The notes under the pieces were generated by a model, which made no database searches, had not been told where the DNA came from, and was given only the letters and a program-made list of their open reading frames with translations. Of a DNA stretch of 64,000 nt, positions 37,778-48,991 are shown piece by piece. Positions within the stretch are counted from its first letter, which is position 1. Each line of letters begins with the position of its first letter. Origin of the DNA: a virus (taxonomy: Duplodnaviria; Heunggongvirae; Uroviricota; Caudoviricetes); the IMG/VR virus record IMGVR_UViG_3300031772_000005, one strand, 5' to 3'. A program made the translations under genes and the position numbers.

Positions 37778-40700
37778 TATAATTTACATTTTAATACTGT
37801 TTCAATATATTGTTCTTCAGACATTGTACCTTCATACATTTGTACATAGTCACTAATTATTTCAGCTAAGTTACCTAAAGTTTCTTTTTCTTTTTCTGTT
37901 AACTCGGAATAAAAATTAAATATTACACTATCCATTGGTACAGTTACTTCATCTCTTACTTCATACTCTTTAGTAAGAATAACATTATCCGGAATAAACT
38001 TAGTTAACTTCTCAAATAAACTCTTTATCTCAGCTACAGTGTAACCTGCTTTATCACTACCAATTTTAGTTACATAAAATTTTAAGTCGGGTCTAGATTT
38101 AGCAAATAATAACATATCTTGAATTTCTTTTCCTATTTCCGGTAAAGTTGAAGATTTTACTACATCCCAATGTTTTTTAGTTACTACTGCATATGATTGT
38201 CCTTGTAATCCTTTAGCTTGTCCCTGTATAGCACCGAAGTTATCTCTAGCTGTTTTAGCTGCACCTGCACCATGTGTTGGTTTACCTCCTTTGGAACTTC
38301 CTTCATTAGAACCAAATACAAATATTTCATTAGGTTTAAGTTCTGTAATATTAGTTGGTGTGTATTCTCTAGTATCAGTTGATACTATCACAGGTTCTAT
38401 ATTTACTTTTACTTTACCCTCTAATTGAGGTCTAATCATATCATAAAATTCTGATACATTGACTTCTTTATCATTTGCAAAATCATAGAATAGATCAGGC
38501 ATTGCATCTATATCAACACCAATACTTTGCAACATACTTGTAGCTTCTATAAATGTATTAGTATTTAAAGGTGCATATGTATTATATGCATTATCTAAAT
38601 ACAAACCATTTGTAGCATTTTGTGGTATACGTATTATATGTACGTCATCTAGTGAAGATAATAAAGCATTTACTTCTGTCGCACCATTTGTAATTGCATA
38701 ACTTTGTAATTCATTACGTAATTCAGTTGCAATACTATTAACATATACTCCGGCTGATGGATTATTATAATCCGCAGGAGCAGCAACATAATTTTGAAAC
38801 TGATCTTTACTAACTACTTTATTAAAAATAGTATTTAAAGTAGGTGTGTTAATATGATTAGCCATGAAATCAGCTGAAGCATTTCTCATTACATCAACAT
38901 ATATAGCTTCATCTAGTATTTTTGGAAAACCATATTTACTAAATCCTACACCATGTTGATGTATCATCATTAAAGAAAACACTTTAAATATATCACTAAT
39001 CTTTTTATTATCCTCATCATCTTTTACTTTTCTAATATTTACATCACCCAGTTGTTTAAGATTTTGATTATATATTTCTGCTACTTCACCAATAGCCATT
39101 TTTTTATCATTAAGCTGAAGTACTTTAATATTTTCACCTTCTTTATTTTTATAAGGAGCTTGTGATAATTGGCCTAAAACAGGATACACTTCTTTTAATT
39201 GAGGGTATTGATTAATAATCTCCATTACTTGATCAGTATATGAGTAATCATTTGTACCCATTATAGCTTTAGCATTAAATACATTTATTAAAGCTCTTTT
39301 ATTTAAGTAAAGATCTGTTTCATTAGGGTACTTAGTTCTTAAAAATTCTCTTTCAATTACATATCTATTATAAGATGATTGTGACGGAAATGGATCATCG
39401 GCTATACTAAAAGGTTGTAAACCTCTTGCTGTATAATTATTACTATCATCTTTTTCTGTTATATATAACTGATTTCTGAAATCATTTTCTAATGTTTTTT
39501 CATCTATAAGTATCTGATCATTAGATATTTCAACACCTTTTGTTAAATCTTTACTTTTAACAATTTTCATACCTCTATATACATCTGGCATAGATACTAC
39601 ATTTCCATTAGCATCAATAAAGTTAGACATGTAGTTTTGAAAAATATATTGTATAACACCATTATTAAACTGGCTGCTAAATTTTTCTTGGCCATCTGCA
39701 CCTTTACCGTACTTTGCTGAAATAAGTTCTTTATTTGCTACTAATCTCGCACTAATATAATTAGATATATCAGCATTTAATCTTAATGGAAATAAAGGCT
39801 CAAGTATATCTATAGATAAATCATTAAGATAGAATGAACTTAAAATAGATTTTTCTTTTATATCTTGTAATAAGTCTGCATCAATTTTTGAAGACGTTGA
39901 TGCATTTATGTAATCAAGTTCTTTCTTTTTTATTTGTTGTACAGTTTTAACTATTTTAGTATCTGGATTTGCTTGACGCATTACATCACCAATACCTTTA
40001 ATGTATTTTTGAATCTCAATAAAATGTAAAAACATTGCTATTCTTTTTAACTCATTATCTCCATTATTAGGATCAGTGTTAGCTGTTTCAACAATTTTAA
40101 TCATGTCTTCTTTATCAAATGCATCTCCCGGATTAATTCCAGCCATATCTGATGCAACTGTAGCAGCATAATAATAGTTATCATTTTTAATTAAGTTAGC
40201 AGATCTGTTATAATCAGGTATTACATCTTCAATAGAATATAAACCTGTTATTCTATTATAACCTGTAGGATCATTAACCAACATTTGTTTTAATTTCTTA
40301 ACAGTTGTATCGTGGTAAGTCTTAAATTTAAAACCTGTAGCATATTGAATTTTTTCTACTCCTTTTAAATGATTTAAAAAAGCATCTACTTTAGCATAAT
40401 GTACTTTTAAAGCAATTTCTTTTTGTATATGTTCTGGTATGTATTTATCAACTACAGCTTCTGCAGATTTATATAAAATAAAGTTCTCATTTACAGGGCC
40501 CTTATTTATGATTGTAGAAAAAGTACTTTTCAATAACTTTTGTTGCATACCATATTCTCTAACTAAAGGATTAGCAACAAAGTATATAGCATCTTCTCTA
40601 GGTACACCTGCATTCATTAAATAATTAAGTACAGGTGTAGTTTCTGTATCTGCTTGAATATCAGCAACCCACGCATCTTTTTCAGCATCAAGTTGACCAT

Positions 40701-43700
40701 TCATTTTATGTGATCTAGTATCAGCAATACGTATATTTTCTTGATCATATCTATGAGATAAAGAAATTACTCTTTCCCCATTACTATTTAACATAGTATT
40801 ATGTCTAAGTAATAAACGTGTTTGATATTCATCTACACCTTCTATACTTTTTTGTTGAGCATCATCAAACTTAGAAGCTTGATATGTTGCAGGCATTTTG
40901 GCACCAATAGAATTCCAAATAGGGTGTTGTTTATTATCTTGAGCATCAATACCTAATGCAGCCTTAGCCATCATATTTTTTTCATGCTTATCTAAATTAT
41001 AACCAATCTCTAATGTTGTTGTAGGAGATATAGTTCTTTTAGTTTCGTCATTAGGATTTATTCTTTCTGATTCACCATGTGCTACATTATATCTATTATA
41101 TTCTGTAACATATTTTTGTATTTTATCAGCTATAGGTTTTAATAAGTAAGTATCATTAGGTCTTACTAATGATGCATAATTTTCTGGTATAGCAAGTAAA
41201 TTAGCTGTTGAAGCAATTAATTTATTTTCTAAAGCAGCTCTTTGTTTACTTAATAAACTCTTTGCACTAATTGTAGTTTTATCTTTAATCTGTTCCCCTT
41301 TCAAAGAAGCCAATTCCTTTGACAATTGAGAATTAGTTTTACTTGATTTAACATAAGTTCCTCTACTACTAATATGAGGCATCATGAAATAAAGTTTATC
41401 AACGTCAAAATCGGATCCGGCCTTTGCTACAATTTCAGTAGGTACTACAATTTTATTACCTGCAGCTGGATCTAAAAAATGGTATATCTCAGCAAATTCT
41501 AATGAGTTCAAATTTTGAATTGGAATACGTGCTCCAGACAGAGTTACTAATTGTCTATTGTCTCCTGTATTTAACCAGTTATCATCTTTAATTGCTTCAT
41601 TTAATCTATCTATAGTACCTATTCTTTCACCATTAAAAGAAACTTCAAGTATATTAATAAAATCTCCCTGTAGAGCAATTGCAACTTTCATTGCATCTGT
41701 ATTACCATTTGCACCTGGTTTGTAAAATGGTAGATTATTTGACCCCATCCATTTTTTTACATCATCTTCTGTAGCTTTTTTAAGATTAGGACTATTACTC
41801 CATAAACCATTATACATAGTTGACGGTACTTGTACAAGTGATTCCCCTTTAACTTTTTGTTTAATTAATCTTTTATTGATTACAGATAATAACATTTTTT
41901 CAATAGTATCTGCCTCTAAATGTAAAGACAAATCTGTTTTAAGAGACCCGTCAGGATTAACACCAATCATTTTAATTAAATGCTCAGGCATATCTCTTTT
42001 AGATAATTCTTTTTGTACTAAAGATAATAACTTAGTAAATTCACCTTGATATCTGCCATCTTTATATTCCCATTGAATCTCATGTAGTAATTCAATTTTC
42101 AAAAACTCAGTATAATTTGCAACATCATCGTGGTACTCTTTTGCTAACTCAGCATGTTTCTCATAAGATAATTTACCTTGCTCATATAAACCATCAAGTA
42201 TTAATCCTCTTAACTGTGTTGGAAATGGAATCTTACCTTTAAACTTATTATTTACTTCAGTAACATTCTTTAAATATTCTAAAGCTATTATGTTGTCTGT
42301 AAAAGTTAATTTATCTTTTAATTTAGTTTGAGTAGAATCTGTAAACACTTCATCAGCACTACCATTAGATGTAATACCACCTACTTTTGATCCAGATTCA
42401 TATGTTACATATTGAATGTTATTTCTTAACATTTCTTTATGTAAATGATCTAACTCACTATTCTTAATTTCTGATGGGATAAGAGGAGCTAATGCAAATT
42501 TATGCATAGATGTTACAGGAGCTAAAGTATCATTTAATAATTCACCATAATTCTGTAATTTATAAACCGGGAAAAATTCTTCTATTTCAGATGTTGTAAC
42601 AACTCTATCATTTATAATGTCTTGAAATAAAGCTTCTTGTTTATCAGACCAATTATTTTCTAATTTTTTAAGAGTTCTGTAACCATCAATAGTAATATAA
42701 CCTGCTCCATCAGCCTCATTCATTTCTTTATAAGACTTTAAATCTTTTTTAATATTTTCATCTATTATTTCTTTTATTTCTTTTTTAGTTTTACCTGAGT
42801 TTTTTAAACTTAATTCATAATCGTCTCTTAATCCTTTTTCAATATCTTTTAAATATACAGAAGGTCTATCTATATCTTTAATAATAGCTGTATTAAAAGT
42901 ACCGTCATAAGAAAATTTATCATATTCTGCACCAAGAGTTTTAGCAAGTTTAGCAGCATACGTTTTTTGATTCCACGTATTATTAATAAAGTTTTGAGCC
43001 CACTCATCAGTTAAAAATTTTCTACCTCCTGATTGAGAACCTGTATTTCTTTTATGTAATTCTTCTTTAACATGATTAAACTGAGACATGTCACCAATAA
43101 ATAAATTTACCGTCTCAAAATTATGAATCCAAGAATTATAAGTAAATGCTTTAACTAACATATACTCTTGTTCTTGTTCTGTTAATTTAGGATTTCCAGT
43201 TTTTTCAATTAATGATGGATCAATATATTTAGCATTAGTTAAGTTATTTAAATTATCACTAACCTGCTCATTAAAATATTGTATAATATCTTTTTGAATA
43301 GCATCTCTTAGATCTTTATTTTGTTTTACATAACCTATTAAACCATTTTTATTTTCAGTTATACCTTTCACTACATCATTACTAAGTAGTAATACTTTAG
43401 TGTCTTTACTTAATACTTTATCAAAAGCTGTAAATACTTCACCAGCATATACAGGATCTTCTTTTGTACCACCTACTCTTTTATTATAACCAGTATATTT
43501 TTTAAATTCTTCTCTATTGTTTTTAAACTTTTGAATTCTTTCAAATTCAGAAGCTATATAAGGTATCATAATTTTATCTATTGCGTACAATTCACCTGTT
43601 TGTTCTTTATTAAACATGTCAATATCTACATATAAACTACTATCTTTTCCTTTATCTTTAATAAGGCCTCCTTTAACTCTTACACCAAGAGAAGTCTTTT

Positions 43701-46700
43701 TACCAGCTGCTCTAATAAATTCTTGCAAACCACCTTTTAACATAGTGTGCATTTCTTGTAAAAACTTACTAGATTTGTCTAAGTCAGATGTATTAGTACC
43801 TTCACTAAATTCAGCAACTTGTGTTCCTGATACCATAGTTAAGTCTAAATATCTTTCATGTCTTCTATCTTTTTGTCCTTCATTTATTTTACCTGTCTCA
43901 TAATTAAATACACTTTTTAATATTTGAGAATAATTAGTAAAGCTTGATACTTTTGGATTTAAGTATTTCATATACTTAAACTCACTTTTAATCCAACAAT
44001 CTGTAAGATTTTCAATGCTATTTAAAGCATCAATTTTTCTTGATATTGAGAAATCTTGTACAAAAGGAAACACCATATCTCCAGCTGCATTAAATATACC
44101 TTTACCTTTTGTTTCTAAACCAAATTGTGCTTGTAATCCAGCTAACCTATCTAATATATTCTTTTGATATACTTGATCACCACCTAAACTTTTAATAACA
44201 CCTTTTGGTATTTTACTTTTAAGTAAAGCTAAAGGATCCATTACAAAACTTTTTAATGTTTTTTGTGCATCAACACTAGCATTAAAAGGATTACTTTGTA
44301 TTTCAGCTAAGTCTTTTACTATTTGATAGATATAAGGAAGACCATAATACTCAGAATTATCTTTTAATTCTTTTTTAATAACATTTAAATTATCTAAACC
44401 TATACCAATAGCTCTAGCAAAATCATAAGATTTATTTACATTTAAGAAACCAGGATTATTTTTATCTTCAAAAGTCTTAGTTAAACTAGCAAGCTTAGTT
44501 AACATAGTTATGTTATCTACTTTAGTAATAAAAGGGTTATCTTCCGGTTGAACTACTTTAAATTCATTCTGAAAGCTTCTAATTATATTACTAGGTTCAA
44601 TAGAAGCATCTATTACTTCCATAGTAAACCCTGTTATAGTAGGTTCCATATAACCTGTTTGTTCATCTAGCAACATTTCTTTAATAGGAAATGCTGTTAA
44701 TTGACTATAAGCTATATCAGATAAACTTAAATCTTGCCAAAAAGCTGCACTTACATCAAACTCTGATGTGTGCATTATTTTAGTAGGATCTGGTAATTTC
44801 TTTTCAACTAGTTGTTTTAATTCAGGTGCATAAGTTAATGAAGCTTCTACTAATTTTTTAAAAGCAACCTCTCTATTTTTAACGCCACCTACTTCTCTAA
44901 GTAGTATACCCCAAACTTTATTGAAGTCAACAAGTTCTTTGAAACCTAATTTGTTATTTACAGTTTTACCTTTTATAATTTTAAATAAACTTTTTACAAT
45001 ATACAAAGTTTCTTTACCTGCAAATTGCTCAGCAGATTTTTTACCTACTGACTTATCTACTATACCTGCACTATCATTACCATCAGATATATCTGTTTCA
45101 TCTACAGGATCACCATTTTCATCAAATACTTCATCTCCATAATCTATATCAATAAATTTTTGACGTATTAAATCAAATCTACTATTATTAGCATGGTACT
45201 TCATAACCCCGGATTTTTCATCTCCCCAGTTATTAATTGTATTTTGAAGTATTCTAATATTATCAAGTAAGGTTTCTTGCTCAGAAGTTAATTCTTTATA
45301 TACAGGTCCATCTTCTTTTATTTCAATTGAAGTAAAATCCGGCGAACCTCCTTTTATATAATTGTCAAATTGCGCTTTTGCATCTCTTACATCATTAACA
45401 ATAATTACATTTACATTTTTATCATTAACTAAAATATTATTATGCTTATAAAAATCTGATATAATCTCAATTGAACCTTTATATTTTTCTCCTTTAACTC
45501 TTTCTCCTTGTTTTATATCTGGAGTTAGATTATTAAAGTTTTCAACTTGACTATTTAAGAATATATACTTATCTTCTCCTTCTTTACTACGGATAATAGC
45601 AATTGATTCATTCTCTAAATCTTCTATAGTAGTCAGTTCACTAAATGATTTATCTGTAATAACTCCTAGTTCATCGTTAAGATCATCTAATCTATCTTCT
45701 AATACAGCTTTTACATAACCATAAGCTTTACTTCTATTAGTAATACCGTCTTCATCTTTTTCATTTGATAATAAAACTAGTGTACCTGATTTAGTAACAG
45801 CTTTACCATTACTAACTCTAGCATCATGATTTGCATCTACATAGTCAGATAATATTGAATCAATAGTATTAGATATAAGATTAGCTTCTTGTTTAGTTAA
45901 TACATCAACTTCAACATCAGTAACTTTTTCTACACCTCTATTAAGTAAATCCCATGTTACATTGTCTATAGAAGGGCTATAATTATTTAATAGGCTTGGA
46001 TCTTTACTTGCTAAATATAATGCATCAAACATTTCAGTTACTGATGCTGGATAATTACCTACTACAACATCTTTTGTATTAGTTTTACCTCCAAATAACT
46101 TATATAAGAAATCTAATATTTTTTGAAATATAGTTTTTTGAATAGGTGCTTTTGCTTTAAATGTTTTTGGATCTTTTGCATAAGTTCTAAAGTCTTCAGC
46201 AATCATTTCTTCAATTTCAAAAAATGACTTATTTGCATAAGGTGTATTACCTGACTTATCTTTATATTCTCTTATATCATTATATAACTTAAGCTTTTCT
46301 TTTTCAGTAAGATACAGTTGTGAAAATCCATGCCATGCTTCATGGTATACATCAACCATACTACCTTTCTGATAAATTGATATGTTAGCTAATATAGTTG
46401 GATCTATTAAGGTTGCTCCGGTTACTGTAAATCTTGCAAATGCATCTGAGTTAACTAAATTAGCTGCATGATCAAGTGTAATATATTTATTTAACGGTGA
46501 AGTATTCCACCAGTTATTAGCCTTTTCTATATCTTCAACAGTTACATCTCCGCTTAATTTTGCTGATCTATCTAAACCTTTAATATTTTGATTGAGTAAT
46601 GATGCAGCTCTAGATATTTTACTAGTAGGTTTAATAGGGCTAGTAAGTATAATAGGGTCTTCAAGTTCAGGTATAGTTTCTTTTTCTTCAGTTGCTATAA

Positions 46701-48981
46701 CTTCTTGCTCTTCAATCTCATCTTCGAGTCTTGGAGTTTCTTGTTTTACACCATACTCAGTTTCTGCTAAGTTACCTAAATAAGCACCTTGTGTACCATT
46801 TTCATTTACTGCATATACTTCTACTACATCTGCTATAACTTGTCCTGTTTCAGTTGTTAATTCAGGTCTTAAAACTAATCTAACTAAGTTACCTACTGCA
46901 GGCCAAGTTGGATCTTGAAATGTTTTACCTTCTTTTGATATTAAAGCGGTTTTATTTTGAAAATAAACTTTTGCTTCTCCTTCAATACCTGGTACTGTAA
47001 CATTAAAATTAGCATAATGAACTTTATAAAATCCTTTTTTAATAGCTGTAACATCAGCATCTATTACTTCTCCAGATTCTTTTAATCTATTTACTATAGC
47101 ATCTTTTAAATTTTTTGTATCAGACGCTGTATCTTCTTTTAACTCTGCTTTAACTTTATCAACTTTAGCAAGTAACTGAGAAGGTAAAGCAAATTCCATA
47201 TATGCATTAAACAAACCTGGATCAGAACTATTAATACTAATTTCTGTATTTAAATTTTTAATAAATTCAATGTAATCCTTAAACTCAATACTATCAGATT
47301 CTTTGTCATATGTCATATAACGTTCATTCTTAAGTAGTTCAGAATTAAAATTCATCTTAGCAGGGTATCTTCTTGTATTACCCTTACCACTCATTAATAC
47401 TTCATATATTCTTTGTGCATCATCAACTAACTGTGCTTCAGTTTTATTATCAATAGATTCTTGAGATAGATTAATTGAGTTATCTAAAAAATTTCTTTGA
47501 GGTTGTTCTTGTGAGGTATCATTAGAATAGTTAAACCAAAATTCTTTATTCTCTAATTTACCTCCAGTTTCATGTCTTCTTGTTGTAGCTTGAAGATCAT
47601 TACTAAAAAACTGTTTATAGAAATCAATTCTTTCTGAAAAACTAATATTCTTATTTGTTAATACTTGTGCTACTTGCAAAGCTATTTCTTTAGGTACATC
47701 AGCTCTATCTATAATACACTCATTACCATCTAACAATATACTTGCAAAACCTTTCTTGAATACTCCTCTACTTTGTTGAATAGTTTTTATAGTCTTAAAA
47801 GTATTTCTGTTAACACCGGATAATTGTGATATTTTATTTAAAGATATTTTATTACCAAATGATTCAGGTAATCCAGAACTTATTCCTAAAAAAGGTAATA
47901 GTACAGGTTGTTTATCAGCTAATACCTTTTCTTTAAATTCATATATTTTTTTAAAGTCCTCTTGTTGTTCTGTCTTAATTAAGTTATAATACTCATTAAA
48001 AGACATACCTAGTTCTCTACTATAACTTTTAGTAGCAATCTCATAAGGGTCTTGTATTTGATCTTCTTTACCGTATATATCAGTTACAGTATAATTGTCC
48101 CCTTTTTTTCTAGCATCTCTTAAAAATTGATAAACTAATTTACCTCCTTCATCTTTAGAACTTATGCCACCTTCTGAATTAAAATATATAGGTGCACCTA
48201 AAGTATTTGATATTACTAAAGCTACTATATTATCTGTAGGTGTAACTCCTGCAGCATTACTATTTTGTTTAGCAATAGATCTAGATTTTATAATTAAGTT
48301 TCTAGTATAAGTATCTAAATCTGTTTGAGCTATGCTAGATAAAGGTACAGCCTTAAGTTTAAGACTAACTCCTTCATATATTAAATCATTAGCTATTGTT
48401 TGTTGTGGATTAAGTACAGCTCTAATAGCATTAAGCGTAGTATAAATTATTTTTTTAGATTCTTCAACTTGTTCTACATCCGCAATATTTTTTGACGTAG
48501 GATCTACTGCTAAAAATTCTTGAAATGTACTTGTAAAAGAACTATATGGTTTTAATCTTTCACTAAAAAAACCTGGTACAGGATCAAATTCTTCAATATT
48601 AAAAGCTTCATCTAACTTTGTTTCCGCTAAACCTTTGAGAGCTTCTCCACTAACTACATTATTGTATGTACTAATGATTGTTTGTATACCTTTATCCGGA
48701 TGTAAAAAAGATTGTCCTAATTTATGAATAGATCTTAAATCTACAAAATCTTCAATTTCAAAAAAATCTGTATTGGCTATATCAATAATCATTCTTGGTA
48801 TATGCTGAACAATTTTTGCAGCAATTTCTGGAGTAGATACCTCAGCTTTACCATTAAAAATATGTTTTATATACTTAGTTACATCAAAGTTACTATTCTT
48901 TAATGCCGCATCTTGCATATGGCCATAAATGTTTTTATATAATTTCTCTACAGTTTCCGTAGAAAGGGCACAATTTATCAT
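37777..48981 (-). CDS. giant virion protein (3734 aa), candidate crAss-like virion RNA polymerase
   Basis: 11.2-kb uninterrupted ORF; AKAGSDFDVDKLYFMMPH resembles the beta-prime NADFDGDQMAVH Mg-binding loop; HEAWH motif; C-terminal Gly-rich module FVFGSNEGSSKGGKPTHGAGAAKTA. Confidence 0.55.
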   Translation of the reverse strand: MINCALSTETVEKLYKNIYGHMQDAALKNSNFDVTKYIKHIFNGKAEVSTPEIAAKIVQHIPRMIIDIANTDFFEIEDFVDLRSIHKLGQSFLHPDKGIQTIISTYNNVVSGEALKGLAETKLDEAFNIEEFDPVPGFFSERLKPYSSFTSTFQEFLAVDPTSKNIADVEQVEESKKIIYTTLNAIRAVLNPQQTIANDLIYEGVSLKLKAVPLSSIAQTDLDTYTRNLIIKSRSIAKQNSNAAGVTPTDNIVALVISNTLGAPIYFNSEGGISSKDEGGKLVYQFLRDARKKGDNYTVTDIYGKEDQIQDPYEIATKSYSRELGMSFNEYYNLIKTEQQEDFKKIYEFKEKVLADKQPVLLPFLGISSGLPESFGNKISLNKISQLSGVNRNTFKTIKTIQQSRGVFKKGFASILLDGNECIIDRADVPKEIALQVAQVLTNKNISFSERIDFYKQFFSNDLQATTRRHETGGKLENKEFWFNYSNDTSQEQPQRNFLDNSINLSQESIDNKTEAQLVDDAQRIYEVLMSGKGNTRRYPAKMNFNSELLKNERYMTYDKESDSIEFKDYIEFIKNLNTEISINSSDPGLFNAYMEFALPSQLLAKVDKVKAELKEDTASDTKNLKDAIVNRLKESGEVIDADVTAIKKGFYKVHYANFNVTVPGIEGEAKVYFQNKTALISKEGKTFQDPTWPAVGNLVRLVLRPELTTETGQVIADVVEVYAVNENGTQGAYLGNLAETEYGVKQETPRLEDEIEEQEVIATEEKETIPELEDPIILTSPIKPTSKISRAASLLNQNIKGLDRSAKLSGDVTVEDIEKANNWWNTSPLNKYITLDHAANLVNSDAFARFTVTGATLIDPTILANISIYQKGSMVDVYHEAWHGFSQLYLTEKEKLKLYNDIREYKDKSGNTPYANKSFFEIEEMIAEDFRTYAKDPKTFKAKAPIQKTIFQKILDFLYKLFGGKTNTKDVVVGNYPASVTEMFDALYLASKDPSLLNNYSPSIDNVTWDLLNRGVEKVTDVEVDVLTKQEANLISNTIDSILSDYVDANHDARVSNGKAVTKSGTLVLLSNEKDEDGITNRSKAYGYVKAVLEDRLDDLNDELGVITDKSFSELTTIEDLENESIAIIRSKEGEDKYIFLNSQVENFNNLTPDIKQGERVKGEKYKGSIEIISDFYKHNNILVNDKNVNVIIVNDVRDAKAQFDNYIKGGSPDFTSIEIKEDGPVYKELTSEQETLLDNIRILQNTINNWGDEKSGVMKYHANNSRFDLIRQKFIDIDYGDEVFDENGDPVDETDISDGNDSAGIVDKSVGKKSAEQFAGKETLYIVKSLFKIIKGKTVNNKLGFKELVDFNKVWGILLREVGGVKNREVAFKKLVEASLTYAPELKQLVEKKLPDPTKIMHTSEFDVSAAFWQDLSLSDIAYSQLTAFPIKEMLLDEQTGYMEPTITGFTMEVIDASIEPSNIIRSFQNEFKVVQPEDNPFITKVDNITMLTKLASLTKTFEDKNNPGFLNVNKSYDFARAIGIGLDNLNVIKKELKDNSEYYGLPYIYQIVKDLAEIQSNPFNASVDAQKTLKSFVMDPLALLKSKIPKGVIKSLGGDQVYQKNILDRLAGLQAQFGLETKGKGIFNAAGDMVFPFVQDFSISRKIDALNSIENLTDCWIKSEFKYMKYLNPKVSSFTNYSQILKSVFNYETGKINEGQKDRRHERYLDLTMVSGTQVAEFSEGTNTSDLDKSSKFLQEMHTMLKGGLQEFIRAAGKKTSLGVRVKGGLIKDKGKDSSLYVDIDMFNKEQTGELYAIDKIMIPYIASEFERIQKFKNNREEFKKYTGYNKRVGGTKEDPVYAGEVFTAFDKVLSKDTKVLLLSNDVVKGITENKNGLIGYVKQNKDLRDAIQKDIIQYFNEQVSDNLNNLTNAKYIDPSLIEKTGNPKLTEQEQEYMLVKAFTYNSWIHNFETVNLFIGDMSQFNHVKEELHKRNTGSQSGGRKFLTDEWAQNFINNTWNQKTYAAKLAKTLGAEYDKFSYDGTFNTAIIKDIDRPSVYLKDIEKGLRDDYELSLKNSGKTKKEIKEIIDENIKKDLKSYKEMNEADGAGYITIDGYRTLKKLENNWSDKQEALFQDIINDRVVTTSEIEEFFPVYKLQNYGELLNDTLAPVTSMHKFALAPLIPSEIKNSELDHLHKEMLRNNIQYVTYESGSKVGGITSNGSADEVFTDSTQTKLKDKLTFTDNIIALEYLKNVTEVNNKFKGKIPFPTQLRGLILDGLYEQGKLSYEKHAELAKEYHDDVANYTEFLKIELLHEIQWEYKDGRYQGEFTKLLSLVQKELSKRDMPEHLIKMIGVNPDGSLKTDLSLHLEADTIEKMLLSVINKRLIKQKVKGESLVQVPSTMYNGLWSNSPNLKKATEDDVKKWMGSNNLPFYKPGANGNTDAMKVAIALQGDFINILEVSFNGERIGTIDRLNEAIKDDNWLNTGDNRQLVTLSGARIPIQNLNSLEFAEIYHFLDPAAGNKIVVPTEIVAKAGSDFDVDKLYFMMPHISSRGTYVKSSKTNSQLSKELASLKGEQIKDKTTISAKSLLSKQRAALENKLIASTANLLAIPENYASLVRPNDTYLLKPIADKIQKYVTEYNRYNVAHGESERINPNDETKRTISPTTTLEIGYNLDKHEKNMMAKAALGIDAQDNKQHPIWNSIGAKMPATYQASKFDDAQQKSIEGVDEYQTRLLLRHNTMLNSNGERVISLSHRYDQENIRIADTRSHKMNGQLDAEKDAWVADIQADTETTPVLNYLMNAGVPREDAIYFVANPLVREYGMQQKLLKSTFSTIINKGPVNENFILYKSAEAVVDKYIPEHIQKEIALKVHYAKVDAFLNHLKGVEKIQYATGFKFKTYHDTTVKKLKQMLVNDPTGYNRITGLYSIEDVIPDYNRSANLIKNDNYYYAATVASDMAGINPGDAFDKEDMIKIVETANTDPNNGDNELKRIAMFLHFIEIQKYIKGIGDVMRQANPDTKIVKTVQQIKKKELDYINASTSSKIDADLLQDIKEKSILSSFYLNDLSIDILEPLFPLRLNADISNYISARLVANKELISAKYGKGADGQEKFSSQFNNGVIQYIFQNYMSNFIDANGNVVSMPDVYRGMKIVKSKDLTKGVEISNDQILIDEKTLENDFRNQLYITEKDDSNNYTARGLQPFSIADDPFPSQSSYNRYVIEREFLRTKYPNETDLYLNKRALINVFNAKAIMGTNDYSYTDQVMEIINQYPQLKEVYPVLGQLSQAPYKNKEGENIKVLQLNDKKMAIGEVAEIYNQNLKQLGDVNIRKVKDDEDNKKISDIFKVFSLMMIHQHGVGFSKYGFPKILDEAIYVDVMRNASADFMANHINTPTLNTIFNKVVSKDQFQNYVAAPADYNNPSAGVYVNSIATELRNELQSYAITNGATEVNALLSSLDDVHIIRIPQNATNGLYLDNAYNTYAPLNTNTFIEATSMLQSIGVDIDAMPDLFYDFANDKEVNVSEFYDMIRPQLEGKVKVNIEPVIVSTDTREYTPTNITELKPNEIFVFGSNEGSSKGGKPTHGAGAAKTARDNFGAIQGQAKGLQGQSYAVVTKKHWDVVKSSTLPEIGKEIQDMLLFAKSRPDLKFYVTKIGSDKAGYTVAEIKSLFEKLTKFIPDNVILTKEYEVRDEVTVPMDSVIFNFYSELTEKEKETLGNLAEIISDYVQMYEGTMSEEQYIETVLKCKL

Positions 48982-48991
48982 AACTTTCTTA

